DNA from: Planctomycetota bacterium
GTDB taxonomy: Bacteria > Planctomycetota > Planctomycetia > Planctomycetales > Planctomycetaceae
Assembly (NCBI GenBank): GCA_031424595.1
Contig: JANPHT010000712.1
Span: 2,572 to 66,571, forward strand
Length of the DNA: 64,000 nt
Direction: 5' to 3'
Shown here: positions 55,345 to 64,000 of the stretch, one piece after another
Position numbering within the stretch: position 1 is the stretch's first letter
How the letters are laid out: each line of letters begins with the position of its first letter
The notes under the pieces: generated by a model
What the model saw: the letters and a program-made list of their open reading frames with translations, nothing else
What the model was told of the DNA's origin: nothing
Databases searched by the model: none
Made by a program: the position numbers and the translations under genes

Positions 55345-57000
55345 ATGCGAACGCTGCTGCTGGTTTTGACTCTCAGCATTTTCTGTCCGATGCGTGTGAA
55401 CGGGTTTCAGGAGACAGAACCTGGCAAGGTGACGGAAAAACATCAGTTAATTCCGATGCGAGACGGCAAGCATCTCTCGTCGTATCTCTATGTTCCCGAA
55501 GGGCAGGGCCCCTGGCCCGTCTTGTTTGAGCAGCGCTACGCAGATATCACGGGCGCTGGAACTCGGAATGCAGCGGCAAGGCTGGCAGAGGCGGGTTACG
55601 TTGTCGCTATGGTGAACTATCGCGGTACGCACAAATCGGAAGGCACCTGGGTTGGCTATCGAGCTTTGGGTTGGCTGGAACTGAAAGATGGATACGACAC
55701 CTGCGAATGGCTGGCAACTCAGCCCTGGAGCACTGGCAAAGTCGGAACGTTCGGGAGTTCTCAGGCAGGCTACGCACAGAATTTTCTTGCCATCACTCAA
55801 CCGCCGCATCTGACGGCACAATACATGGTAGATACTGGTCTAAGTCTGTTCCATGAAGGTTATCGAATTGGCGGCACCAATCGTCCCGCTCGCTTTAAGT
55901 CACTGAGTCTGAATTGCGTTAATCCGGCCGACAACGAGCGTCTCCTGGAAGAATGGTTGCAGCATCCCAACTATGACGACTACTGGCGTGACGAAGATTG
56001 CTCATTACATTTTTCAAAAATGAACGTCCCCTGTTTTACGATCGGAAGCTGGTACGACTTCATGAATCAAGGTTCCATCGCCAGCTTTCTGGGCCGCCAA
56101 CAACAGGGGGGAGCGAATTCCCGCGGGAAGCAGCAATTGGTAATCGGTCCCTGGCTACACGGCCGGTTGAATAAGGGTTTCAAAGTCGGACAGCTGGAGT
56201 ATCCTGAAAACGCCGCGTGGCCCGAACATGAGCATATGATTCGCTGGTTTGATTACTGGCTGAAAGGCACGGACACAGGTGTCGCAAAAGAACCCGCCCT
56301 GCGTTATTACGTCATGGGTGCCGTGGACGAAGCTGGTGCTCCTGGTAATTTCTGGAGAAGCGCTGACCATTTTGCCATTGCCAGTACAACTCCTGTCTTC
56401 CTTGAGAACGACGGAAAACTGACGTTATCAACACCGACGAATGAAACGGGGGCCACAAGTCTCATTAGTGACCCACGGCATCCCATGGAAATTCCCGGCA
56501 CCAGTTTCCCTGGTGCAACGGACGCTCGACCATTTGAACAACAACCGGAAGTTCGCACCTTTACGACCGACATTCTTGACTCTCCCACCGAATGGACTGG
56601 ACATATCAGGGCAGAGTTATTGATGTCATCGACAGCCCCCGACACGGACGTCATTGTGCGAGTCAGCGATGTTTATCCGGATGGCCGCTCGATCCTGATT
56701 GTCGACTATCCCCAACGACTGCGATATCGAGAAGGGTTTGATCAGGAAGTAATGATGAAGCCTGACGAAATCGTCAAAGTCGCGTTTGATGTCGGCTGGA
56801 TCAGCCAGATCTTCAATAAGGGGCATCGTATCCGAGTCACCGTCGCCAGCACCGGGGCCCCCTTGTATGAACCCAATCCACAAAACGGAAAACCGGCCAC
56901 GATCGAGTTCCCGCAAGATGCGGCACCGGCCACGAACACGATTTATCACAATCGCATTCACCGATCGAAGATTCTTGCCCCGGTGGTCATCGTGAACTGA
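55345..57000 (+). CDS. CocE/NonD-family (S15 X-Pro dipeptidyl-peptidase-like) hydrolase, secreted
   Basis: Signal peptide MRTLLLVLTLSIFC; IPMRDGKHLSSYLYVP, nucleophile region GTFGSSQAGY, and a C-terminal beta-sandwich with GHRIRVTVAS. Confidence 0.82.
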   Translation: MRTLLLVLTLSIFCPMRVNGFQETEPGKVTEKHQLIPMRDGKHLSSYLYVPEGQGPWPVLFEQRYADITGAGTRNAAARLAEAGYVVAMVNYRGTHKSEGTWVGYRALGWLELKDGYDTCEWLATQPWSTGKVGTFGSSQAGYAQNFLAITQPPHLTAQYMVDTGLSLFHEGYRIGGTNRPARFKSLSLNCVNPADNERLLEEWLQHPNYDDYWRDEDCSLHFSKMNVPCFTIGSWYDFMNQGSIASFLGRQQQGGANSRGKQQLVIGPWLHGRLNKGFKVGQLEYPENAAWPEHEHMIRWFDYWLKGTDTGVAKEPALRYYVMGAVDEAGAPGNFWRSADHFAIASTTPVFLENDGKLTLSTPTNETGATSLISDPRHPMEIPGTSFPGATDARPFEQQPEVRTFTTDILDSPTEWTGHIRAELLMSSTAPDTDVIVRVSDVYPDGRSILIVDYPQRLRYREGFDQEVMMKPDEIVKVAFDVGWISQIFNKGHRIRVTVASTGAPLYEPNPQNGKPATIEFPQDAAPATNTIYHNRIHRSKILAPVVIVN

Positions 57001-57169
57001 CATTCGTCGTTCGACCTTGCAGGAGCACTTTGGCGTAGCTCTGTCACGTCAATGACAGGAAATCTTCCCACTTGATCGCTAGACTTTAGTTTTCAACTGC
57101 ACACTGAAGCCTGCCGACCGAGCGACAACGCTATGGTATGAGACATCAATTTCGCGAGGACTATGCCCA

Positions 57170-58762
57170 ATGCCAATAAATGCGTCGATGCCCAATTGTA
57201 CGACTCTCATTCGAATTGCGATCAACAGCACTGCCCTGTTCGCGATCACATTGCTGACCTCGGTTTCCCCGGCCGAAGAACCCCTCACCTTGCACGCTCG
57301 ATCGCGGACTGAAGTGGAATTGGGAACGAATCGCTGGCATTCCATGACGGCATCCGTCGAATGGAAGCCATCGGAAACCTGTATCGTGGTCTGCGACATG
57401 TGGGACGACCACTGGTGCAAACAGTCTGCCGCGCGAGTGGGCGAGATGGCTCCGATGATGAACGAAGTCATCAAAGCAGCCCGCGCGAAGGGCCTTTTTA
57501 TCATTCATTGCCCAAGCGATACGATGGATTTTTATAAGGACGCTCCGCAACGGAAACTCGCGCAGTCCGCGCCGGTGGTAAAAACGGATATTCCGCTGGA
57601 ACGCTGGGTTTATCTCGATAAGACCCGGGAGGGAGACAAACTCCCGTTTGACGATACGGACGGTGGCTGCGACTGTGATCCTCCGGTGAAGAATTATCGA
57701 GCCTGGAGTCGTCAGCATCCTGCCATCGATATTGCAGACGGCGATGCCATTACTGATAGCGCCGAAGCCTTTTACCTGATGAAGCAGAAAGGCATTCGGA
57801 ACGTGATCGTGATGGGCGTGCATACCAACATGTGTGTGCTGGGTCGGCCGTTTTCGATTCGTCAAATGGTTCGACAGGGGCAAAACGTCGTCTTGATGCG
57901 AGACATGACGGACACAATGTATAACCCCGCGAAGGCTCCATTTGTCTCACACTTCACCGGCAATGATCTGATTGCCGAACACATCGAACAGTACTGGTGC
58001 CCGACGATGACCAGTACCGACTTTGTCGGCGGCGCACCGTTTCGATTCAAGGATGACACTCGTAAACACATTGCAATTCTGATGTCTGAGCCTGAGTACA
58101 AGACTGAGATTTCTCTGACCGAGTTTGCTCGAACAGAACTCGGAAAGGACTTTAAAGTCAGTCTGGTTTATGGAGATTCGAAAGATGGAAACATTCTGCC
58201 GGGACTGGAAGTACTGCATTCTGCGGACCTTGTCCTGTTCAGCATGCGACGCCGAACCCTGCGGCCCGAGCAGCTTGCGATGATTCGTCAATTCATCGCT
58301 TCCGGAAAACCAGTGGTCGGCATTCGTACGGCCAATCATTCATTCTGCCTGCGAAACAAGCCAGCTCCGGAAGGCCGAGCTGACTGGCCGGAATTTGATC
58401 GCGACGTTATCGGAGGCAGTTACACAAATCATCACGACGCTGGTCCGGAGACGAAAGTGACACTCCCGGATGCTGCGGTCCCAGCCGCTCTGCTGGATGG
58501 CGTGCGTGTCGATGAGTTGGTAGGCAGGGGGTCTCTTTATCAGGTCAGTCCACTGCAGCCGACCGCATCTCCCGTTTTGATCGGGTCCATTCCCGATCAG
58601 CCGAGCGAACCGATCGCCTGGCTCAACAAACGGGCCGATGGCGGTACCACATTTTACACTTCGCTCGGTCACCTCGAAGATTTTGAACAGACGGCCTTCC
58701 GCAGGCTGCTGAAAAATGCGTGTGTCGTACTCAGCGGACAATCGCTCAGCGTGAATCACTGA
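57170..58762 (+). CDS. Secreted fusion of an isochorismatase-like (cysteine hydrolase) domain and a ThuA-like domain
   Basis: N-terminal half: CIVVCDMWDDHWC, GIRNVIVMGVHTNMCVLG. C-terminal half: ADLVLFSMRRRTL, GKPVVGIRTANHSF, GGSYTNHH, FYTSLGHLEDF (ThuA pattern). Confidence 0.65.
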   Translation: MPINASMPNCTTLIRIAINSTALFAITLLTSVSPAEEPLTLHARSRTEVELGTNRWHSMTASVEWKPSETCIVVCDMWDDHWCKQSAARVGEMAPMMNEVIKAARAKGLFIIHCPSDTMDFYKDAPQRKLAQSAPVVKTDIPLERWVYLDKTREGDKLPFDDTDGGCDCDPPVKNYRAWSRQHPAIDIADGDAITDSAEAFYLMKQKGIRNVIVMGVHTNMCVLGRPFSIRQMVRQGQNVVLMRDMTDTMYNPAKAPFVSHFTGNDLIAEHIEQYWCPTMTSTDFVGGAPFRFKDDTRKHIAILMSEPEYKTEISLTEFARTELGKDFKVSLVYGDSKDGNILPGLEVLHSADLVLFSMRRRTLRPEQLAMIRQFIASGKPVVGIRTANHSFCLRNKPAPEGRADWPEFDRDVIGGSYTNHHDAGPETKVTLPDAAVPAALLDGVRVDELVGRGSLYQVSPLQPTASPVLIGSIPDQPSEPIAWLNKRADGGTTFYTSLGHLEDFEQTAFRRLLKNACVVLSGQSLSVNH

Positions 58763-58825
58763 AATGAAATGCCAGTCGCCGCGAGACGGTCAGCAGCAAC
58801 ACAGTAACTTCCAACGTCACATAAA

Positions 58826-60415
58826 ATGAGTATGTTCTCTCACCCTTCCCACCAGAGAAAACCCATGCTTCATCGATTCATCTGTCTGTTATTGCTGTCA
58901 GCAACTTTATCCTCATCGTCGCTGGCAGCAGAAACTCGTCGCAACGTGCTGTTTATCATTTCGGACGATCTGAACAACTTTCTCGGTTGTTACGGGGATC
59001 CGATGGTAAAGACGCCGAACATTGATCGGCTTGCCGCTCGCGGGGTTCGCTTTGATAAAGCCTATTGCACGTTTCCGCTTTGCGGGCCCAGTCGAAATTC
59101 GATGCTGACCGGGCTTTATCCGAACAGCACGGGAATTCATGCCAACAGCCAGGTTTTTCGGCAGACGATTCCCAACCAACTGAGCATGTCTCAGGCGTTT
59201 CGTCAGCAGGGGTATTTTGCTGCCCGAATCGGAAAGCTCTATCACTACAACGTCCCGAATTCCATTGGTACCAATGGCCACGATGACCCGGGTTCGTGGG
59301 AACTGGAATTGAACCCCGGCGGCGTTGATCGGCTGGAAGAACATCCGCACATTTTTTCACTCGCACCAAATCAATTTGGCGGCACGCTCAGCTGGTATGG
59401 ATCTCCCAAAAGCGACGAGTTTCATACAGACGGCCTGATGGCGAAAGATGCGGACTGGGTCCTGGAGCGCTGCGCTCGGGACAAGCATCGTCCATTCTTT
59501 CTGGCTGTCGGTTTCTTCAGGCCTCACACGCCGTATGTCGCACCAAAAGAGCCCTGGTTCGATATGTATGATGTGCATCAGATCCCCGTAGTTCAGGGGA
59601 TCAAAGCTGATCAGGTCGATATTCCAGAAGCAGGGCTGGCCAGTCAGAAGAAAGAACAAAATCAGCTAACCGACGATCTGCGTCGTCAGGCTCGCCACGC
59701 TTATTGCGCCAGCATCAGTTTCATGGATGCACAGGTCGGGCGCGTTGTGGATTCACTGGATCGACTTGGCCTCGCCGAGAACACTGTAATTGTTTTCACA
59801 AGTGACCATGGTTACCACATGGGCGAACACGGCCTGTGGCAGAAGATGAGTCTGTTCGAGGAGAGTGCTCGTGTCCCCATGCTGATTGTGGCACCAGGAA
59901 TTGCATCTCCGGGTGCCGTGGCTGCTGCTCCGGTCTCGCAGGTGGATTTGTTTCCTACACTGGCAGAACTGTGCGGCGTGAAGCCCCCTGAGAACCTGCA
60001 AGGACAAAGTCTTGTGCCAATCCTGAAAGATACGACTCGGACAGGTCGCGGCTGGGCGCTCACGCAGGTGACTCGCGGTGCTTCCGGTGGTGGCCAAAAC
60101 AAGAATAAGAAAACGGCAGATGGATCAGCCGCTGCCAACGCAATTCAGAACGAAAGTCGTTTTTTTGGGTACAGCCTCCGGACTCCTCAATGGCGATACA
60201 CAGAATGGGACGAAGGCCGCAAAGGGCGAGAGCTCTACGACCACGAAAATGACCCGAAGGAACTAACCAACCTTGCAGAGATTGCTGAACACGCTGCAAC
60301 TGTTAAGGAACTTTCGGCCACACTTCAAGAGGCAGTGACGACAACGCTACCCGCGAATGGCCAGATCCCTGAAGTTCAGCCGGGGCTCTGGGCACCTCTG
60401 CTGGTTGATCCATGA
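58826..60415 (+). CDS. Formylglycine-dependent sulfatase (iduronate-2-sulfatase-like)
   Basis: NVLFIISDDLN, CTFPLCGPSRNSMLTG (C-x-P-x-R), FTSDHGYHMGEHG. Confidence 0.9.
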   Translation: MSMFSHPSHQRKPMLHRFICLLLLSATLSSSSLAAETRRNVLFIISDDLNNFLGCYGDPMVKTPNIDRLAARGVRFDKAYCTFPLCGPSRNSMLTGLYPNSTGIHANSQVFRQTIPNQLSMSQAFRQQGYFAARIGKLYHYNVPNSIGTNGHDDPGSWELELNPGGVDRLEEHPHIFSLAPNQFGGTLSWYGSPKSDEFHTDGLMAKDADWVLERCARDKHRPFFLAVGFFRPHTPYVAPKEPWFDMYDVHQIPVVQGIKADQVDIPEAGLASQKKEQNQLTDDLRRQARHAYCASISFMDAQVGRVVDSLDRLGLAENTVIVFTSDHGYHMGEHGLWQKMSLFEESARVPMLIVAPGIASPGAVAAAPVSQVDLFPTLAELCGVKPPENLQGQSLVPILKDTTRTGRGWALTQVTRGASGGGQNKNKKTADGSAAANAIQNESRFFGYSLRTPQWRYTEWDEGRKGRELYDHENDPKELTNLAEIAEHAATVKELSATLQEAVTTTLPANGQIPEVQPGLWAPLLVDP

Positions 60416-60417
60416 TT

Positions 60418-60431
60418 TGTGTGTGTGTGTG
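60418..60431. repeat. (TG)7 dinucleotide microsatellite in a convergent intergenic region
   Basis: Read directly: tgtgtgtgtgtgtg, starting 2 nt after the sulfatase stop codon. Confidence 0.9.
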
Positions 60432-60478
60432 CGCATGATCTTTCTGTTGAGAGAGTTCGGATCCGGGGACAGATCACC

Positions 60479-61603
60479 CTACAACAGATGGACCTTGCCC
60501 GAAGCATCAAACTGCGCAACGCCCTGTTTCCAGCGGAGACGGGTACAGGGAATACTCTGCGCAAGACAGGCAGCGAGGTTTTCTTCAGCCAATGCTCGAT
60601 AGCCAACATAGCTGGTACATAAACGCGGATTGATCTCAATCACATGCGCCAGCACCACGCCATGCTCATCACGTGTCACCACCATATCCGCGCCAATGTA
60701 ACCGGAAAACGAACCCAGGGCCTCAGCAATTTGGCCAGCGACAATGGTCACTGCGATAGCGATTTCAGGATCGCAGGGTATTTGCCCACCGCAATAGCGA
60801 GGCCGCGAGTCGATCAGCCGCATCTGCTGCTGGGCAGGGGGAAGAATGATCGTCTCCTGCGAGGGCCCCCCACCAATGAAGCCAACAGAACAGGGAATAC
60901 CCGGAATAAACCTCTGAATGATCCACGGATCGTCGCCAAAACAAGTTTCCGGTCTGCGAATAAATTGACTCTCCGACATGGGCACCAGAGAAATACCGTC
61001 GCTGCCGGCTCCATCGCGAGGCTTGATAATACCGATTCGTGTCGATGTTGGGAGCGTTGGGTCACAACGGTCGTCCACAGTCGTCACGCGGTATTCACCG
61101 AGAGAATCCAATGCCGCATCATCCAACGACTTCGTAGCGGGTGTCCGAATTCCTTGTTCTCGAAGCCATAGAAACGTTTGGTATTTGTCGGCAAAAATTT
61201 GGGCCATTGTCCATGGGACATTCAGGCTCCGCGACTTAATCCACGGTCCGCTTTGGAGTTGCCTGAGCAGCGAAACGAGGATCCCGTCAGTCTCCGGCGC
61301 AATAATGAAACTCGCTGCGAACTCATCCGGTACGCGAGTTGGTTTGCTCAGCCATTCCGTCGGACCACCTTCGAAAACGATGCTGGCCGTTTTTTTGTTC
61401 AGGCAGCCAAAAACAGAAAGACGTCTGGCGGCTTCCGACGACAACAACAACACCGGGCGGTAATCACTTAGCCGTTCAAAATCGTACACGATCGCAGTCA
61501 GCATGGCCGTCGCTTCCCCTCGCATAGATTCGGAAGCGACGCTCCATGCTGCTGCATCGGCCAGAAGGTATTCAAATACCAGGATCGGACGTCGGATTGA
61601 CAT
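60479..61603 (-). CDS. ATP-grasp domain protein (ATP-grasp_3 / MfnD-PylC-like by pattern)
   Basis: PILVFEYLL pre-ATP-grasp N-terminus, FIIAPETDGIL, IIKPRDGAGSDGI, IIQRFIPGIPCSVGF, GYIGADMVV...VIEINPRL. Confidence 0.7.
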   Translation of the reverse strand: MSIRRPILVFEYLLADAAAWSVASESMRGEATAMLTAIVYDFERLSDYRPVLLLSSEAARRLSVFGCLNKKTASIVFEGGPTEWLSKPTRVPDEFAASFIIAPETDGILVSLLRQLQSGPWIKSRSLNVPWTMAQIFADKYQTFLWLREQGIRTPATKSLDDAALDSLGEYRVTTVDDRCDPTLPTSTRIGIIKPRDGAGSDGISLVPMSESQFIRRPETCFGDDPWIIQRFIPGIPCSVGFIGGGPSQETIILPPAQQQMRLIDSRPRYCGGQIPCDPEIAIAVTIVAGQIAEALGSFSGYIGADMVVTRDEHGVVLAHVIEINPRLCTSYVGYRALAEENLAACLAQSIPCTRLRWKQGVAQFDASGKVHLL

Positions 61604-61615
61604 CGACTGATCCTG

Positions 61616-62851
61616 CTACCGCTGTCGAGCCGTGAATACGGTGTACTCACCAATGGAGTGAGCTTCGACCGAATTGAACAACTGCTTCATTCGAGCATCA
61701 TGCCAATCGTTGAGTTTCGTCACGAGGTGGATTCGGCCGCCGGTATTCAGCGATGTCTTCGCAGCCTGCAGAAAGAGCTCGGCAATTCGATAATCAGAAT
61801 AATACGGCGGATTTCCAAGCAGCAGATCCCACGTTCGCGGCTCCGGAATCACTCCATCTGAGGTCAGCAACGTTGCCACCGTCGTGATTTGATTCAGCCC
61901 GGCAGAAATCATCGTACATTCAATGGCTCGCGCATCGCTGTCGACTGCCAGAATCCTTGCTTCCGGAAACTCGAAGGCGGCCGCCAGTGAGGCAGCTCCA
62001 CACCCACATCCCATTTCCACAATCTTTGCAGGACAAAATGGCGTAACTGCGGGATTCTCTGGCTTCAGTAATGCCAGCGATTTGATCAGAGCACGAGCCC
62101 CACCATCAATGCGGCGATGACTGAACACACCCGGACGGCTTTCACAATAGACCAGTCTTTCACCCAGACGAAACGCCGAACGCGCACGAAAACCGCGAAT
62201 CTTCTTCAACGGCGTCGTTCTTGTCGCCACGCAGGCGACACCATGCTTCTGCTTCTTAACAACAACCTTGCTGAAAAGTGTTTTGAGTTGGTTCTGAATC
62301 CAGCGATCTTTGGGATTGTTCGTGGAAATTATCAGCCGACCACCGGACTTCAGCCGCTGATGAGCCGCCTGGATCAGATCCTGAGCCTGCTCAGAAGAAT
62401 CGCCTGAAAAGGTCGGAAAAATCACTTCTTCAAAGGTCTGTTCAGGCAGATCGGCTGAACAGATGATGGCCGTCTTTCCCGTCGCGCTGGCATCATCATG
62501 TGTGGATTCGCCATGGTACTTCTGCAGTGTGCGATAGAAGAAATGCTCGGGCGTGTAGAACGTGAAATTCAGATCAGGTCGTGCCTTGCGAAGCGCTGAG
62601 GCCAGCGTTGTACCGTGCAGCAGCAACACAAGAACATGGGGCCCCTTCAAATCACCAGCGTAGTCTGCAACCAACCGATCCGAAAACGACTTCAGAGGCC
62701 GATCTCCGGTGACCTGGTCGGCACCTTCATCGTCAATGAAAGCGCTGTCGTCCAGTCCATCATCGAATTCGCCATCCTCTTTGTCATCGAAATCCAGATC
62801 CGGATCGTCGTCGTCAAAATCTTCGTCAGAAAGGCGGCGTTTGCGGTTCAT
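61616..62851 (-). CDS. Two-domain class I SAM methyltransferase (RsmC/RlmG-like, NPPY motif) with a poly-acidic N-terminus
   Basis: VEMGCGCGAASLAAA (motif I), LLGNPPYY (motif IV), and an N-terminal Rossmann-like pseudo-domain. The first 45 residues are about half Asp/Glu. Confidence 0.75.
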   Translation of the reverse strand: MNRKRRLSDEDFDDDDPDLDFDDKEDGEFDDGLDDSAFIDDEGADQVTGDRPLKSFSDRLVADYAGDLKGPHVLVLLLHGTTLASALRKARPDLNFTFYTPEHFFYRTLQKYHGESTHDDASATGKTAIICSADLPEQTFEEVIFPTFSGDSSEQAQDLIQAAHQRLKSGGRLIISTNNPKDRWIQNQLKTLFSKVVVKKQKHGVACVATRTTPLKKIRGFRARSAFRLGERLVYCESRPGVFSHRRIDGGARALIKSLALLKPENPAVTPFCPAKIVEMGCGCGAASLAAAFEFPEARILAVDSDARAIECTMISAGLNQITTVATLLTSDGVIPEPRTWDLLLGNPPYYSDYRIAELFLQAAKTSLNTGGRIHLVTKLNDWHDARMKQLFNSVEAHSIGEYTVFTARQR

Positions 62852-62970
62852 AGGCCAGTCGATATTTCATTCTGATTGTTTAACGGCAAGCGAATGGCGG
62901 CAAAGCTTCGTCATTGCCGCGTTCGCAGTCACCCACGGCTTTCCGTACAACGAAAGAGTGCTCCAGTCGT

Positions 62971-64000
62971 TCAGGAGAACAGCAATTCCAGATCTTCGAC
63001 CGACAGATTCTGCAGCACGCTGCTGGCTTCATCACCTTCCAGAATCGCATCGGCCAGTTCACGCTTTTGCTTCTGCAACTCGGCAATTTTTTCTTCCACC
63101 GTGTCGCGGCAAATCAACCGATACGCAAACACAGTCCGAGTCTGACCTACACGATGCGCTCGGTCGATGGCCTGAGCCTCCACGGCCGGATTCCACCACG
63201 GATCCAGCAGGAAGACATAGTCCGCCGCCGTCAGGTTCAAACCCAGGCCCCCGGCCTTCAAGCTGATCAGGAAAACCTGACAATCCTCGTCGTCCTGGAA
63301 TCGATTGACACGTGCCTTTCGGTCTCGCGTCTTTCCGTCCAGGTATTCGTACGTGATATTTTCCCGGTCCAGGTGATTCCGCACGATACTGAGCATGCTC
63401 GTAAACTGCGAAAACACCAGCGCCTTGTGACCTTCTGCAATCAGTTCCTGCAGGTGCGGAATCAGGAAGTCCAGCTTCGCATAAAGTTCCTGCTCATCGC
63501 CACGTTTCAACAGCGCGGGGTGACAGGCGGCCTGTCGCAGACGCAGCAAGGCCTCAAGCACATGCATGCGAGTTTTGGCCATGCCCTGTTCCTGAACAAG
63601 TCCGAGCAGCGAATCACGATAGTGCAGGCGAAGTTCGTCATACAACCGACGCTGTTCGTCTTCCATGTCGCAGTAGATAGTCTCTTCAAGACGCTCGGGC
63701 AGTTCCGCTGCAACCTGTTTCTTGGTTCGACGCAGGATAAAGGGCCGCAGCCCCTTTGCCACCAGCATGCGAGATTCTTTGCTGTCCGGATCGGCAATGT
63801 GTGATCGGAACGCAGTGCTCCGTCCAAGCATCCCCGGGTTCAGAAACTCAAAGATCGACCACAAGTCCCCCGCGTTGTTTTCAATCGGCGTACCGCTCAA
63901 TGCCAGACGGAAGTTGGACTTCAGCAAGCGAGAAGCACGTGCAATCTGGGACGATGGATTCTTGATCGTCTGCGCTTCGTCGAGCACCACGTAATCAAAC
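62971..64000 (-). CDS. SNF2-family helicase, C-terminal part; the 5' end lies beyond the right window edge
   Basis: The frame is open to 64000 ([14 protein letters not shown] = motif II). [78 protein letters not shown]. Confidence 0.92.
   Translation of the reverse strand, partial: FDYVVLDEAQTIKNPSSQIARASRLLKSNFRLALSGTPIENNAGDLWSIFEFLNPGMLGRSTAFRSHIADPDSKESRMLVAKGLRPFILRRTKKQVAAELPERLEETIYCDMEDEQRRLYDELRLHYRDSLLGLVQEQGMAKTRMHVLEALLRLRQAACHPALLKRGDEQELYAKLDFLIPHLQELIAEGHKALVFSQFTSMLSIVRNHLDRENITYEYLDGKTRDRKARVNRFQDDEDCQVFLISLKAGGLGLNLTAADYVFLLDPWWNPAVEAQAIDRAHRVGQTRTVFAYRLICRDTVEEKIAELQKQKRELADAILEGDEASSVLQNLSVEDLELLFS

Noticed and set aside
62914-63804. 296-aa plus-strand ORF opposite the SNF2 helicase
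   Set aside because: It is an antisense shadow of a strongly motif-supported gene, with low-complexity R/Q/L composition.
60479-64000. DISARM/BREX-like defence island (SNF2 helicase plus methyltransferase)
   Set aside because: The methyltransferase looks RsmC/RlmG-like, not like a DNA methyltransferase with a target-recognition domain. No PLD, DUF1998, PglZ or BrxC-like genes are visible. The upstream context is outside the window, so the idea is unsupported.
1-64000. Scan for tRNA, rRNA, tmRNA, RNase P and SRP RNA signatures, CRISPR repeats, IS elements, integrases and prophage genes
   Set aside because: I found no T-loop (GGTTCGAATCC-like) in a tRNA-like context, no regularly spaced repeats beyond the short tandem repeats listed, and no transposase- or integrase-like ORFs. 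This was an eye scan only, so small ncRNAs could have been missed.

Overview
This window looks like a chromosomal segment from a member of the Planctomycetota. The signs are three DUF1501 sulfatase-like genes, a giant PSCyt/DUF1549/DUF1553 protein, DUF1080, a MoxR-DUF58 module and many Tat or lipoprotein signals. About 45 protein-coding genes are densely packed on both strands. By eye I saw no rRNA, tRNA, CRISPR array, transposase or integrase. Housekeeping genes recognised with high confidence are nuoH, coaX, mfd, dnaK, pheA, tpiA-secG, yicC-gmk-rpoZ, a split coaC/coaB pair and ribD. nuoH at the left edge and an SNF2 helicase at the right edge are truncated by the window, so the ORF track omits nuoH and under-extends the helicase. 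The best candidate for an undescribed system is a three-gene minus-strand operon at 45444-50215. Its first gene encodes a four-TM MotA/ExbB-type channel protein with a roughly 190-residue C-terminal helical tail. The next two genes encode single-pass proteins with ExbD/TolR-like TM helices; one keeps the essential Asp and the other has Ala at that position. Each also carries a roughly 150-residue coiled coil and ExbD-like globular domains. No TonB, TolA/TolB/Pal, MotB-type peptidoglycan-binding, flagellar or Zorya effector partner is nearby. Other points worth a second look are listed here:
- an inverse-autotransporter beta-barrel fused to a very long parallel beta-helix passenger, with a large ORF-poor divergent intergenic region carrying a 14-bp perfect palindrome
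- a coaC/coaB split sitting on an A7 tract, where one extra A would restore the canonical fused Dfp
- a CLC protein with fluoride-type (CLC-F) filter motifs but no recognisable fluoride riboswitch
- low-complexity extensions on PheA and SecG
- a minimal MoxR-DUF58-BatD/DUF4381-like operon with tandem repeats in its spacer
- several clean bidirectional terminators and short direct or inverted repeats

All functional calls come from motif recognition by eye; no database or structure search was possible. Many ORF-track starts are over-extended. I give revised starts where a conserved N-terminus or a signal peptide supports it.
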